From: a virus
Length of the DNA stretch: 37,282 nucleotides
IMG/VR virus record: IMGVR_UViG_3300045988_124612
Strand: one strand, 5' to 3'
A program made the position numbers and the translations under genes. The notes under the pieces were generated by a model. That model saw only the letters and a list, made by a program, of their open reading frames with translations, was not told the origin of the DNA and ran no database searches. Positions 17,977 through 27,811 of the stretch are shown in pieces; position 1 is the first letter of the stretch, and each line of letters starts with the position of its first letter.

Positions 17977-19722
17977 TCACCCCCAATTCATCATTTGCAA
18001 GTAATTTTTCATTTCCTTGTCAATGTCTACTGGATCTTCCTCTTTTAATTTCATATAAGCTACATGTGCATCTATACAAGCATCAACTGGATCTATTCTT
18101 TTTGTTTTTGCTCTCGGCTCTTTATCAACTTTTATTTCGCCAAAACTATTTGCTACTACTTTAGCATTTGAAAAACTCCAGCTTAAAAGTTCATTTTGTT
18201 TGTCATATTCTATTTTTCTTGATTTAATATTTAATTTCATATCTTCTGTTGCATCATTTAAGAATCTTGCAGACTGTGTAATTGATAATAAAGGTACTCC
18301 AAATTCTTCTAAATCTGATAAAAAACCATCGGCATTATGAGGATCATATCCTATTGCTTTAAGTTTTAAATCGTATGCTTCTATAATTTCTTTTAAATGA
18401 TTAATAATAAACTTATAGTCGTTCTTATATTCATTTGCCCCACCAGTTATAGTTATTAATCCGTTTTCTTCCCATAAATCATAAGGTGCAACATCTGTTT
18501 CTATATGTTCTTCTAGCCTACCTTTAGGCATAAATGAATGTGAATAAATATAAAATTTTTCACTATCTAGTGGAAACTCTAGCGAAATTGTAGTTAAATC
18601 CCCTCCACTTGATAAATCTATGCCAGCATAACAGGCTTTTCCACGCATATTCTCTAATGTTTTATCAGTTTCGCATTCCTTCCATTTGTCTATGTCAATA
18701 AATTGGTCATCTGTGTTTTTTACCCACATATTTAGGGACTTTACCATAAAGTCCCTTTGTTCATTTCCTCCCATATCTTTAGCAGTTTGCATATCTGTTA
18801 TTAATACTTTTAATGTATCTTCTTTTGCTGCTAAATAAGGGTTAGCTTTTATTAAATTTTTAGGATCCCATATATCGTCGCCTTTATCTAGTGCGTATAT
18901 GTCAACAAAAAAGTCTTCTGCAATAGCAATTCCTCGTAAAATATTGCAACAATAATTATCCAATTCATAGCATGGCGTATTAATTTTATCGCCTCTAGTT
19001 GTAATTATGCTTATTAATGTTTCTGGAAGTGATTTTGTTCCATTATATAGAGCTTTATATATTTGATTCGTTTTGTGTTGGTGGTATTCGTCTATACTTG
19101 CATATATAGCTCTAAATCCATCATCTAAACCACTTTCTTTACTTAATGCCTCTATTGTGCAATGCGTTTCATTAGCAATAATCGTTGATTTATAATCTTT
19201 TACTGCAAACATTCCGTCTTTTTCGCTTGCAATATCTTGTCCTGCCAAGTCTTCATCACTTTGTATGAATTTTGACATTTCTTCCCATGCAAGCCTTGCT
19301 TGACGTTTCTTAGTTGCTGCTGTAAATAATTTTCCGTAATAATAACCGCTAAATCCTGCAATATATGTTCCTCTAATACCATTTTTAAATGTTTTACTAT
19401 TTTGTCTTGCCATTGATTCGTAAGATCTTCTAAATCTTCTTTTGCCTTTTTCATTATACCAACCAAACAAGCAACCCATATCGAAAATTTGAAATCCTAA
19501 TAATTGTACTGGCTTTTTTTCAAAACCTTCTCCAATAGTTAATGTTTCTGCGTACTCTAAAATTCTTTCTGATTTTGCAACATCCCAATAATATGGAAAT
19601 TCTGCTGTATTCTGTCTTTCTAAATCTTTTAAGTGCCTTTTACAGGCGAGCCTATGTAATTCTCCTGTAAAGACTTCTTTGTTTACAACCTTTCGAGCAT
19701 ATTCTGTTACTCTATCTATCAT
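17977..19722 (-). CDS. Terminase large subunit
   Basis: RRFRRSYESMARQNSKTFKNGIRGTYIAGF, YIYSHSFMPKGR, ACYAGIDLSSGGDLTTISL nuclease motif. Confidence 0.93.
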   Translation of the reverse strand: MIDRVTEYARKVVNKEVFTGELHRLACKRHLKDLERQNTAEFPYYWDVAKSERILEYAETLTIGEGFEKKPVQLLGFQIFDMGCLFGWYNEKGKRRFRRSYESMARQNSKTFKNGIRGTYIAGFSGYYYGKLFTAATKKRQARLAWEEMSKFIQSDEDLAGQDIASEKDGMFAVKDYKSTIIANETHCTIEALSKESGLDDGFRAIYASIDEYHQHKTNQIYKALYNGTKSLPETLISIITTRGDKINTPCYELDNYCCNILRGIAIAEDFFVDIYALDKGDDIWDPKNLIKANPYLAAKEDTLKVLITDMQTAKDMGGNEQRDFMVKSLNMWVKNTDDQFIDIDKWKECETDKTLENMRGKACYAGIDLSSGGDLTTISLEFPLDSEKFYIYSHSFMPKGRLEEHIETDVAPYDLWEENGLITITGGANEYKNDYKFIINHLKEIIEAYDLKLKAIGYDPHNADGFLSDLEEFGVPLLSITQSARFLNDATEDMKLNIKSRKIEYDKQNELLSWSFSNAKVVANSFGEIKVDKEPRAKTKRIDPVDACIDAHVAYMKLKEEDPVDIDKEMKNYLQMMNWG

Positions 19723-20267
19723 TACCCCACGAATTTAGCAAATTTATTTTCTTTCGGCTTTTCTGGTGCTTCTGGTACTATTAATCTGCATCTGCTTGTA
19801 ATAGTTAAACCTAAATCACTAGCACATTGCCTACATTGTTTGAAAGCTCTGTCTTGATTTATTAAATTAGATTCTATTTCACTCGAAAGTAAAACTTGCA
19901 TTTCCATATTATCTTTATTTTGTTTTGACGACTTCTTTTTAAAAGCTGTACTTAATGCCTTTGTGAATTTTAAATAGTTATCCTTAGATATTAAATAACG
20001 AGCTAGACAGTCTTCGTCTAACTCGGTCATTATTCCTATATCTACAAGTTTTGTTGCAATTTCCATAAACTCGTTTTTTTGTTTCTTACTCAAATAGCTT
20101 GGCGGCTTAACATCTTTATAGTCATCTGTATTTACTTCTGTACTTTTTCTTTTTGCTATTTCTTCTTTAGTAAGATGTTTCTTCCCCTTTGCTATAATAA
20201 GTTCTATTGGCTCTCTTTGTTTACCATAACCTGCCATAATTCCCACCTCTATTTTTAGCATACGCAT
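19722..20267 (-). CDS. Terminase small subunit (P27 family-like)
   Basis: MAGYGKQREPIELIIAKGKKHLTKEEI...ECLARYLISKDNYLKF; directly upstream of the large subunit; true start probably at MAGYG. Confidence 0.85.
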   Translation of the reverse strand: MRMLKIEVGIMAGYGKQREPIELIIAKGKKHLTKEEIAKRKSTEVNTDDYKDVKPPSYLSKKQKNEFMEIATKLVDIGIMTELDEDCLARYLISKDNYLKFTKALSTAFKKKSSKQNKDNMEMQVLLSSEIESNLINQDRAFKQCRQCASDLGLTITSRCRLIVPEAPEKPKENKFAKFVG

Positions 20268-20411
20268 TTTCGGATTTTGGTGCTACTGATGAAGCGATTA
20301 TGGGGAGTTTTTTCTACGAAGACCTCCCCTGCACCGGTTCCCCATAGGGTATCAATACTTTTTTGACCACCCCCTACGAGTAATTGTAACAGCTGTTCGT
20401 AAAATTTTTAA

Positions 20412-20867
20412 TTATTTTTCATCATCTTTTTTTGTATTTTTTGTTTTGCTTTTAGTAGTATTCTTTTTTGTTTCTTCTTCTGTTGTTTCTTCCTCGTTGC
20501 TTTCTTCCTCTTCAACAGCTTCTTTATCTTCTTTTACTTCTTCTGATTCAACTTTTGTTGCCTCTTCTTCTTTTTCTTCTTCTACTTCTTCTGATTCATT
20601 TTCTTTTTGTGTTTCTTCTTCGTTGCTTTCTTCTATTTCATTTGATGTTTCTTCTTTGTTATCTTCCTCTGTTGTTTCTTGTTTGTCGTCTGTTGTTCTC
20701 TCTTCTTCAACAGCTGTGTATAACTTTCTTTCATCAACTAAATAACTTATTCTTTCTTCTGTTAGTTTCTTATTATCTTTCTCATATTCTTCTTCTAATA
20801 TTGCTCCTTTTTCTACGTGTCTATTTAATTGAAGGTCTGTATACCCTCTATCTGCTATATGTTTCAT
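20412..20867 (-). CDS. Hypothetical protein with low-complexity Glu/Lys/Thr-rich C-terminus
   Basis: ORF with extended E-rich tract. Confidence 0.6.
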   Translation of the reverse strand: MKHIADRGYTDLQLNRHVEKGAILEEEYEKDNKKLTEERISYLVDERKLYTAVEEERTTDDKQETTEEDNKEETSNEIEESNEEETQKENESEEVEEEKEEEATKVESEEVKEDKEAVEEEESNEEETTEEETKKNTTKSKTKNTKKDDEK

Positions 20868-20884
20868 TTTTAATCATCCTTTCT

Positions 20885-21220
20885 TTACTTTGTTATATTA
20901 TTTATTCTATTTTGTACTAAGCTATCTGGCTTAGTTTGTATAGTCTGTGTAAGCTGTACTGGTGTTACCCTATAATCCATTAAATCTAATAAGTTTATTT
21001 GTATTGTTGTTTCATTGCATATATTAATACCATCTAGTCCATAACTATTTAATAATCTTACCAGATCATTTATAAATTGTTTTGCTTTCTCTGGATTTAC
21101 ATTAACATCTACAGTAACTACATTATTTTGCGGTTTGTTTTCTTGCAGCATATTTATTCCCCCTTTCTTTCTTTTGAAAACGATTATGTCTTTTGTCATG
21201 GTGTGCATGACATAACGCAC
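20885..21220 (-). CDS. Hypothetical phage protein
   Basis: ORF only. Confidence 0.5.
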   Translation of the reverse strand: MRYVMHTMTKDIIVFKRKKGGINMLQENKPQNNVVTVDVNVNPEKAKQFINDLVRLLNSYGLDGINICNETTIQINLLDLMDYRVTPVQLTQTIQTKPDSLVQNRINNITK

Positions 21221-21596
21221 GTAAGTTATAGTAGTCTAGTCTTCTTTTCCAACCTTCTGGTGTTTCTATAAATTCTAAATGGTGTACTTCTTCTGCTAAT
21301 TGTATTTCATAACTAGGATCCTTTTTGTTTTCTTCTATACAGTCTTCACATCTATACGCATACTTTACATCTCCGTATTTGTGTTGTAAGTCTTGCAAAT
21401 ATCTTTCCTTTAACTGTAACCATTCTTTACTTTTACGAAACTTAATTAGTTTAGGATCTCGTTTCTTGTCATATCTATAGTTATATTGTTTCTGCCTTTC
21501 TTCCATTTCTTTGTCTACTTTTGCTTGGCATTCACTACAATATCTATTAGGATATTCAATTATTTTCTTACATTTTGCACACATTTTAACTATCAT
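21123..21596 (-). CDS. HNH endonuclease
   Basis: CxxC pairs (CAKCKK, CSEC, CEDC) and EVHHLEFIETPEGW...NLRALCHAHHDKRH; typical position upstream of terminase in HK97-type phages. Confidence 0.88.
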   Translation of the reverse strand: MIVKMCAKCKKIIEYPNRYCSECQAKVDKEMEERQKQYNYRYDKKRDPKLIKFRKSKEWLQLKERYLQDLQHKYGDVKYAYRCEDCIEENKKDPSYEIQLAEEVHHLEFIETPEGWKRRLDYYNLRALCHAHHDKRHNRFQKKERGNKYAARKQTAK

Positions 21597-21783
21597 TTCT
21601 TATTATTCCCCTTAGTTTTATTTCGTTTATATATTTATCTAAGTATTTCTTATTATCTGTTTTCCTTGCTATATAGTCATTGCATTTTGTTATAGTTATT
21701 GCCCCTTTTACAACAGTAACTATATTATTTCTACATACTTCGTTTATACAGTTAGGACACATTCTACTTTTGTACTCTTTCAT
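21586..21783 (-). CDS. Small Cys-containing hypothetical protein
   Basis: MCPNCINEVC... zinc-ribbon-like start. Confidence 0.5.
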   Translation of the reverse strand: MKEYKSRMCPNCINEVCRNNIVTVVKGAITITKCNDYIARKTDNKKYLDKYINEIKLRGIIRNDS

Positions 21784-21967
21784 TGGCTACTACCTCGCTT
21801 TTGCAATAATTAATTTGTGAAGAAACACTATTGTTTTTTATCTATATTTTTACAGGAGGTTTAACTGAAAAACATACTTAATTTATTAAATAGGAGCTTT
21901 CTTATGGAATTTCTAAAGAATTGGTATTACATTATTTAAAAACTTCACTAAATTAATTAAAAGCACC

Positions 21968-21998
21968 AAAAAACGAGCCTTATAAAATAAAGCTCGTT
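21968..21998 (-). terminator. Rho-independent terminator of the early operon
   Basis: Minus strand AACGAGC-loop-GCTCGTT followed by TTTTTT. Confidence 0.7.
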
Positions 21999-22136
21999 CA
22001 CTGGCTAAAATAAAAGGGGAATATCCTTTTAGTAGAGAATAGTTATATTAAACTTTCTCCGATTATAATTATATTACAAAGTAATTTATACTTTCTACCA
22101 AATTTCCGCCAAATTTTTGACCAATTTTTGATTATT

Positions 22137-22680
22137 TTATATATTTACTACTTTTAGCATTATTTCTATTGCTGTATCCCTTATATTTTTTAATTGATTT
22201 ATAGTTCTTGTTTCTTTGTAAACTTCAAAATATGTATTTACAACATAATTCCATTTTGGCTCGTTCATATAGTAAGTTTTTACTATTAATTTTTGTTCAT
22301 TATTTAAAGCCCTTAACATTCTATCAACTTTTCCCACTAAATCACGTAATGGCTCTGCTTTTTCTTCATTTATTGCATTTTCATTCATTAATGCTAATTT
22401 ATCGGCTTTATTGATATATGTTAATTTATCTTTGTATGACAATGCTATATTTTCTGTTGGCTTATTTATTTTATTTGTATTTCCGCTTCGGCATATCTGA
22501 TATAGTAGGAGAACTTAACGCCATTCCTTCTATTACCTCTTCTTCGCTTTCTTTATATTTCTTACCATTGTATTTTAATAGCACTTTATTTTTAGCAATT
22601 TTATTTTCCAACTCTTCTAACTGTGATTTACTTACTAAATAACTTTTTAACATTTCTTCTATATCGCATTTTTCATACAT
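22137..22680 (-). pseudogene. ArpU/DUF1492-like late transcriptional regulator, split by a 1-nt frameshift
   Basis: ORFs 22471-22680 and 22137-22442 join as ...SSPTISDMPK|GNTNKINKPTENIALSYKDKL... if one C (plus-strand g22485) is removed. Confidence 0.7.
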
Positions 22681-22693
22681 AGCGTTACTCCTT

Positions 22694-23086
22694 TCATCTT
22701 TTGAGATTCAATAATGTTCTATAGTATCTCATATATGTATAAGGCTCTTTATTGCCTTTTACAATTTCATTTATTGTATTTCTGTCTATTCCTTCACTTC
22801 TAAGCAATTTTATAAATTTTTTCTTTGTTAATTTCTTATTACTAAGATTTTGAAAAATTAAACTTAAAGATTCTGCCATTTTTTTACCTACTTCGCATAC
22901 TGCTTCTGCAACTTTTTGTACTGCATTTATTAATTTGTCAAATACTTCTTTTATTGTTAAATATTCATCATCTTTTAGGCTTATTGTTTTACTATCTGCG
23001 TCAAATGTAATTTCCGTTATATAACCTGTTTTATATAGTGTTTGTATATCTGATATTGTTACATCTTTATAATTAATTGTTTTCAT
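22694..23086 (-). CDS. Hypothetical phage protein
   Basis: ORF only. Confidence 0.5.
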   Translation of the reverse strand: MKTINYKDVTISDIQTLYKTGYITEITFDADSKTISLKDDEYLTIKEVFDKLINAVQKVAEAVCEVGKKMAESLSLIFQNLSNKKLTKKKFIKLLRSEGIDRNTINEIVKGNKEPYTYMRYYRTLLNLKR

Positions 23087-23390
23087 TTTCTATTTCTCCC
23101 GCTTCTGGATCTATTTTTACTATTACATAAGCTGTATCTTTGTCAAAACCTTCTTCTGCTAAATCCTTAGCATGTTTTTTTATAATAAATACAGGTTGTA
23201 TAAAAATATCGCATTTCTTATTAGCCCATATTTCGTAGTTTTCCAAATTTTCGCCTTTTCTTACTAAATCTGTTAAAGTATTGTTTAATTTTTCATTTAT
23301 TTTTATTCTTTCCTTGTTTATTTCTCTTAAATAAGCAACTTCTTTTAAATTTTGTTTTTTATTCTTCTTCATTTGCTGCTTTCCTTTCAT
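23073..23390 (-). CDS. Hypothetical phage protein
   Basis: ORF only. Confidence 0.5.
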   Translation of the reverse strand: MKGKQQMKKNKKQNLKEVAYLREINKERIKINEKLNNTLTDLVRKGENLENYEIWANKKCDIFIQPVFIIKKHAKDLAEEGFDKDTAYVIVKIDPEAGEIENENN

Positions 23391-23877
23391 AATATTTTTT
23401 TACCTCTTCTTTATCGCCTAAAATTAAAGCATTTTCTATGTCATTATCAAATATTGCTAAACCTGCTAATTGTTCCGCCATTAAATCTATTATTTTATTC
23501 TTTTTTAAATTGTTTTCTGATATTTCAACTAATAATTGGTTTCTTTTATCTATTACTTTTTCGTTTAGCGTTAATTGTTTTTGATATTTTATTAATAAGT
23601 CATCTGCTTTTAAATAAACATCTTGCAATAGTAAATATATTTCCTTTAATTCTTCAATATTTAATTTATCTAAAACACTTTTATTAACTATTTCTATTCT
23701 TTCTATATTTTTACAATTTATTGTATTTTTTCTAATAACTTCTTCTAATATGTGCTTTTTGTTTCTTTTGTTATCGTTTTTATTAGATTTTTTTACAATA
23801 AACTTTTGTAATTTTGTAAAATCTTGATTTTGTATATACCTATATATTTTTTTAAAAATTTTATTTTTATTTTTCAT
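23359..23877 (-). CDS. Hypothetical phage protein, Lys/Asn-rich, helical
   Basis: ORF only. Confidence 0.5.
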   Translation of the reverse strand: MKNKNKIFKKIYRYIQNQDFTKLQKFIVKKSNKNDNKRNKKHILEEVIRKNTINCKNIERIEIVNKSVLDKLNIEELKEIYLLLQDVYLKADDLLIKYQKQLTLNEKVIDKRNQLLVEISENNLKKNKIIDLMAEQLAGLAIFDNDIENALILGDKEEVKKYYERKAANEEE

Positions 23878-24107
23878 ATACCGTACCTCTCATATTCCCT
23901 TTTACTTTGTAGGAAACACTTTCTTACCTCTTCATCTAGCCTTATTTCTTCATTGTCTTTTTTTATGAAATAATATAATTTTTGTCCTCTTGGTTTTCTT
24001 TTATAAACTTGATATTCTATATTATCTTTTAGCCTTATATAGTAACCCCAGTCGCCCGGATGTAAATTTGTTAAAACATATTCTTCAAGTGTTATTTCTT
24101 TATTCAT
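23874..24107 (-). CDS. Hypothetical phage protein
   Basis: ORF only. Confidence 0.5.
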   Translation of the reverse strand: MNKEITLEEYVLTNLHPGDWGYYIRLKDNIEYQVYKRKPRGQKLYYFIKKDNEEIRLDEEVRKCFLQSKREYERYGI

Positions 24108-24714
24108 AAGTAGCCCCTTTCAAATAATTTTTAGGTATACCAAAATTTAATGTTATATTTTTTTTTATATCTTTTAAAATTTCTTTGTTTAATTCCATAT
24201 CAGACTTTTTAAAATTACCTAATGTCATATTTGCTAATTTTTCCGCTTCTTCTCTTCCTCTTATATTAATTATAGTTCTTGCTTTTTCTTGTAATTTCAT
24301 AGGTGGCACCCAATTAAAACCAAAGTAATTAAAAAATTCATCGTTCGTATGTGTTAGCCAAAATACTGCTAGTATTTCACACATTTTTTTAGGTATCGAA
24401 TTATTCAATATAAAATTTCTTTCATTTTCTGTATAATGTTTTAATTTTATTGTTTCTTCCATTGTTTCTAATATTTCTTTGTATGAATATATATTGTTTA
24501 TTTTATTCATTCCTCTTTTTATTGCCTCTTCTTGTATCAATAGAAATTGTGCTTTTGCACGAACATTTATTAATTTATAATATATGTCTTCTGCTTCTTT
24601 ATTATATAATTGGTTAATAACTTGCATTTCTTCCCCATTTTTTCTAATAACAGACATACAACTTATATCTTTTCCTTCTGCTATATCTATACCTATAATT
24701 AAACAGTCTTCCAT
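24100..24714 (-). CDS. Hypothetical phage protein with RNase H-like N-terminal strand motif (IIGIDIAEGKD)
   Basis: ORF; motif reading only. Confidence 0.45.
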   Translation of the reverse strand: MEDCLIIGIDIAEGKDISCMSVIRKNGEEMQVINQLYNKEAEDIYYKLINVRAKAQFLLIQEEAIKRGMNKINNIYSYKEILETMEETIKLKHYTENERNFILNNSIPKKMCEILAVFWLTHTNDEFFNYFGFNWVPPMKLQEKARTIINIRGREEAEKLANMTLGNFKKSDMELNKEILKDIKKNITLNFGIPKNYLKGATYE

Positions 24715-24720
24715 AACTTG

Positions 24721-24932
24721 TTATTCGCTCCCTTCTAATAATTTAAAAAATACTATTGCTGCAAATAAATTTCCAAATGCTAATAATATTTCATAATGAA
24801 TTAGATAATTTATAAAACAATACAAACTAAATAATGATAAGGTAATATAAGCCGGTTTATTAAAAATTTCAATATTCTATCGTACATATTTGTAAATACA
24901 TCTTTTATACTTTCCCAAATTTCATTAAACAT
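24721..24932 (-). pseudogene. Small two-part phage membrane protein with apparent 1-nt deletion (not in ORF track)
   Basis: MFNEIWESIKDVFTNMYDRILKFL|NKPAYITLSLFSLYCFINYLIHYEILLAFGNLFAAIVFFKLLEGSE requires one extra A near 24860. Confidence 0.45.
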
Positions 24933-25218
24933 CTTTATTTTCCTTTCTTAAACTAGCTACAGCATTAGTCCAACATTTTGTACAGCCTATACTTTCAAAA
25001 TTGCAAATATCTTCTTCTTTTTTCTTATCTATTTTTTCTGATCCAAATATATCTGATGGGCACATATTTACTCCACCATAACAAAATATTTGATGACATC
25101 CCTCTTCTGTAGCATGTTCTATTATTATTTTCATTATTTCTTTATAGCTAATATCTGTTTTAGGATCTTCTGTAAATATTACTTTCTTTTTTCCGGACAT
25201 ATCATATATATTTGACAT
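24925..25218 (-). CDS. Hypothetical Cys-rich phage protein
   Basis: ORF with several Cys (CHQIFCYGG, CNFESIGCTKCW). Confidence 0.5.
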   Translation of the reverse strand: MSNIYDMSGKKKVIFTEDPKTDISYKEIMKIIIEHATEEGCHQIFCYGGVNMCPSDIFGSEKIDKKKEEDICNFESIGCTKCWTNAVASLRKENKDV

Positions 25219-25252
25219 TTTTTCTCTCCTATTTGTTTTTTATCTTCATAGT

Positions 25253-25564
25253 TTAATTTCTATTTGCTAATGGCATAAATGGAACACTTGTAGTCATTGC
25301 AATAATTTTTGCTGGGAAAAATGCTTCTTGTAATATTGATTCTATATCATCTATTAATATTTCATTTATTCTTTTTCCTACAACATCATTTTTATAATTT
25401 TTATATATTATTGGTTTCGGTATTTTTATGCCTTCTTTTTTGGCTATATATTCTAATTCTTCGGCTCTTTTACTGTTTAATACAATTATTGGTATATTAT
25501 TTGTATAAGATATTTTTATTAATTCTGTTGACTTACCACATGCTCTTTTTCCACCTATTATCAT
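25253..25564 (-). CDS. Small P-loop-containing phage protein
   Basis: MIIGGKRACGKSTELI Walker A; about 103 aa. Confidence 0.5.
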   Translation of the reverse strand: MIIGGKRACGKSTELIKISYTNNIPIIVLNSKRAEELEYIAKKEGIKIPKPIIYKNYKNDVVGKRINEILIDDIESILQEAFFPAKIIAMTTSVPFMPLANRN

Positions 25565-25902
25565 TATTTGCTTTTCTCCTTTCTAAAATTTTCAAATCCT
25601 CTTAAAATATTATTGCATAATTCTTCTTTTTCTTTGTATTCTTGCGTTCCCGGTATTCCATCATTTCCTAACCATATTTTAGGTTGTTGTTTAAGTGCTT
25701 TTTGATATCTTTCAACTGACTGCTTATATCTAATTTCTACAGTTATGTTATTATTATTGTGCTTGTAAATTTCTTCTATATCATGGTTAGAAAACCATAA
25801 TAAGTCTCTATACATTAAAACAGCCATTATTAAATCTTCTTTTTCTACATCTTTACTATTTCTTATGTCATTATAAATTTCGTATAATGTTTTGTTACTC
25901 AT
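25564..25902 (-). CDS. Hypothetical phage protein
   Basis: ORF only. Confidence 0.45.
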   Translation of the reverse strand: MSNKTLYEIYNDIRNSKDVEKEDLIMAVLMYRDLLWFSNHDIEEIYKHNNNNITVEIRYKQSVERYQKALKQQPKIWLGNDGIPGTQEYKEKEELCNNILRGFENFRKEKSK

Positions 25903-26236
25903 TTCCTTTCTCTCCTTCTAAAATTTTTATTTTATCGCGAGCTATGTCTAAGTCAATTTCTGTTCTGGCTAGTTTCTGGCAAATTTCATTATATTTATTT
26001 GTTAAATTAACTATTGTTATTTTATAATTGTTGCATTCTTCCTGTTCTTTTTGATATTGTTCCTTGTAATATTGTTTATCACGTTCTGACATTTTTTGAT
26101 AAGAAATTTTTTCTTTCAAAAATCTTATATAATTATTTATTATAGCTTGATCCGCTGGTGCTAAAGTTGCATACATTAAATTTTCTACTTGCTCCTTTAA
26201 TTCTTTTTTCTTGTTCTTTAATTCCTCTTCGTTCAT
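25895..26236 (-). CDS. Coiled-coil hypothetical phage protein
   Basis: Heptad-like EELKNKKKELKEQVENL and NKYNEICQKLARTEIDLDIARDKIKIL. Confidence 0.5.
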   Translation of the reverse strand: MNEEELKNKKKELKEQVENLMYATLAPADQAIINNYIRFLKEKISYQKMSERDKQYYKEQYQKEQEECNNYKITIVNLTNKYNEICQKLARTEIDLDIARDKIKILEGEKGNE

Positions 26237-26241
26237 TATTT

Positions 26242-26622
26242 TTATTCCCCCTTATATTTATTCTTTCTTATCATTTCAATATTAAAGCATTTTTCACAAA
26301 CTCCGTAGCCTATACCAATTTCATTATGTATTTCATAAGACACATAACTATCTCCAGCTTTAACTTTTTTACCACAATGTGCACAATTTATTATCTCTTC
26401 CATATTGTCAGAATATATTTTTACATTCCAATTAACTGGTACATAATATGCTTCGTATTTGTGCTTTTCATAATTCCACTTTTTTAACATTATCGTTTTT
26501 TCTTTAAAATTTACACAATTCAAATTTCCATTTATTGTAGCTCTAATATTGCATAAATCTTTATCATTTAATCTGTTTTCACATTTGCTGCAAACCTCTT
26601 CTACATATTTTTTATCATTCAT
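26242..26622 (-). CDS. Zinc-finger-like hypothetical protein
   Basis: CSKC, CAHC, CEKC pairs. Confidence 0.5.
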   Translation of the reverse strand: MNDKKYVEEVCSKCENRLNDKDLCNIRATINGNLNCVNFKEKTIMLKKWNYEKHKYEAYYVPVNWNVKIYSDNMEEIINCAHCGKKVKAGDSYVSYEIHNEIGIGYGVCEKCFNIEMIRKNKYKGE

Positions 26623-26834
26623 GAATAATCACTCCTATAAAAATTTTACTCTTTCTGGTTTTACTTCTGTTTTAGGTGGCTCTACTATTTCTTTTACCAT
26701 TCCTAAATCAAATTTTGTAAAACATTCATTATATCCGTATAGCATGTCCTTATATAAAAACATATTTTTGTTTACTTGCTTTACAAATATGTATTCATGA
26801 TTATTTTTACTAATAATCTTTGGTACTCCCATAA

Positions 26835-27521
26835 TTAATCTCCTTCTGTTTGCATTTGCATTAATTTCCATAATTTTTTATTTTCTATTCCTTCGTCTAT
26901 ATCTAAAGTGTCAAAGGCATTTTCTAAAGCACTTAATCCCATTGTAAATAATTTTCCTTTTTCTTCATCTGCAAATTGATTTACCATATCATACAAAGCA
27001 TATTTTAATTTTTTAATTTCTTGGTTTTTGTTCTTTTCTACCATTTCATAATGCTTGATTATTTCTTTTAAACTTTCTTTATGTGCTATTTCCGCTTCTC
27101 TACATAATGATCTAATTAGTGAATTTTTTAATATATCTTTATCTACTTTTAATTCTTGTTTTATAGCCTTTTTTATTGATCTTAACGGAGAATATTCGTA
27201 AATTTTATCTCCTATTTTATTTTCTACTAATACGCCTATTTCTTCTGGAATATCTTGTTTTACTTCATGATATAACTCTTTTGGCATTACATAGTAGTTA
27301 TAATTTCCAACAAATGTATTATGGCATTTGCTATAAAAATCACTTTTAGTTACTTTTATTTCATAACACTTAAACCAATTATTTGTATCGTATGTAAGAA
27401 AATCAACTCTTTCGTTTCCAAACCATCCTATTGTAACTTCTGGGCAGCCAAATATACCTTGTTTTCCCGTATATCTTCTTAAATACTTTTCAAATTGTAT
27501 AGTTTCTTTAGTTTTAGACAT
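26835..27521 (-). CDS. Putative PD-(D/E)XK nuclease-like protein (MmcB-like)
   Basis: VDFLTYDTNNWFKCYEIKVTKSDF fits D...ExK; position among DNA metabolism genes. Confidence 0.55.
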   Translation of the reverse strand: MSKTKETIQFEKYLRRYTGKQGIFGCPEVTIGWFGNERVDFLTYDTNNWFKCYEIKVTKSDFYSKCHNTFVGNYNYYVMPKELYHEVKQDIPEEIGVLVENKIGDKIYEYSPLRSIKKAIKQELKVDKDILKNSLIRSLCREAEIAHKESLKEIIKHYEMVEKNKNQEIKKLKYALYDMVNQFADEEKGKLFTMGLSALENAFDTLDIDEGIENKKLWKLMQMQTEGD

Positions 27522-27804
27522 TTTTACACTCCTTTATTTCTATAACTTGATAATTGCTACCAAATTTTTCATTTGTATAATCGCATAATTCCTGTGCTTT
27601 TTTCTTACTTTTATATGTAAATAATCTTAAACCCTTATTTATATCTTTGCCATTAAATATAAATGGCTCTATAGGGTACTTTTGTCTATATATTCTTTTT
27701 CTTCCTAAACTTTTTAGGTAATATAAAGCATTATCTCCATTTTGTCCCATACTTTCGCCTTTAGCGTCAAATACTTCTTTGCTCTTTTCAACACATATAT
27801 ACAT
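27514..27804 (-). CDS. Hypothetical phage protein
   Basis: ORF only. Confidence 0.45.
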   Translation of the reverse strand: MYICVEKSKEVFDAKGESMGQNGDNALYYLKSLGRKRIYRQKYPIEPFIFNGKDINKGLRLFTYKSKKKAQELCDYTNEKFGSNYQVIEIKECKNV

Positions 27805-27811
27805 TTTTTCT

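Noticed and set aside
20412-20867. GAA/TTC-rich tract as a functional DNA repeat
   Set aside because: Explained by low-complexity Glu-rich coding sequence; imperfect and without regular unit length.
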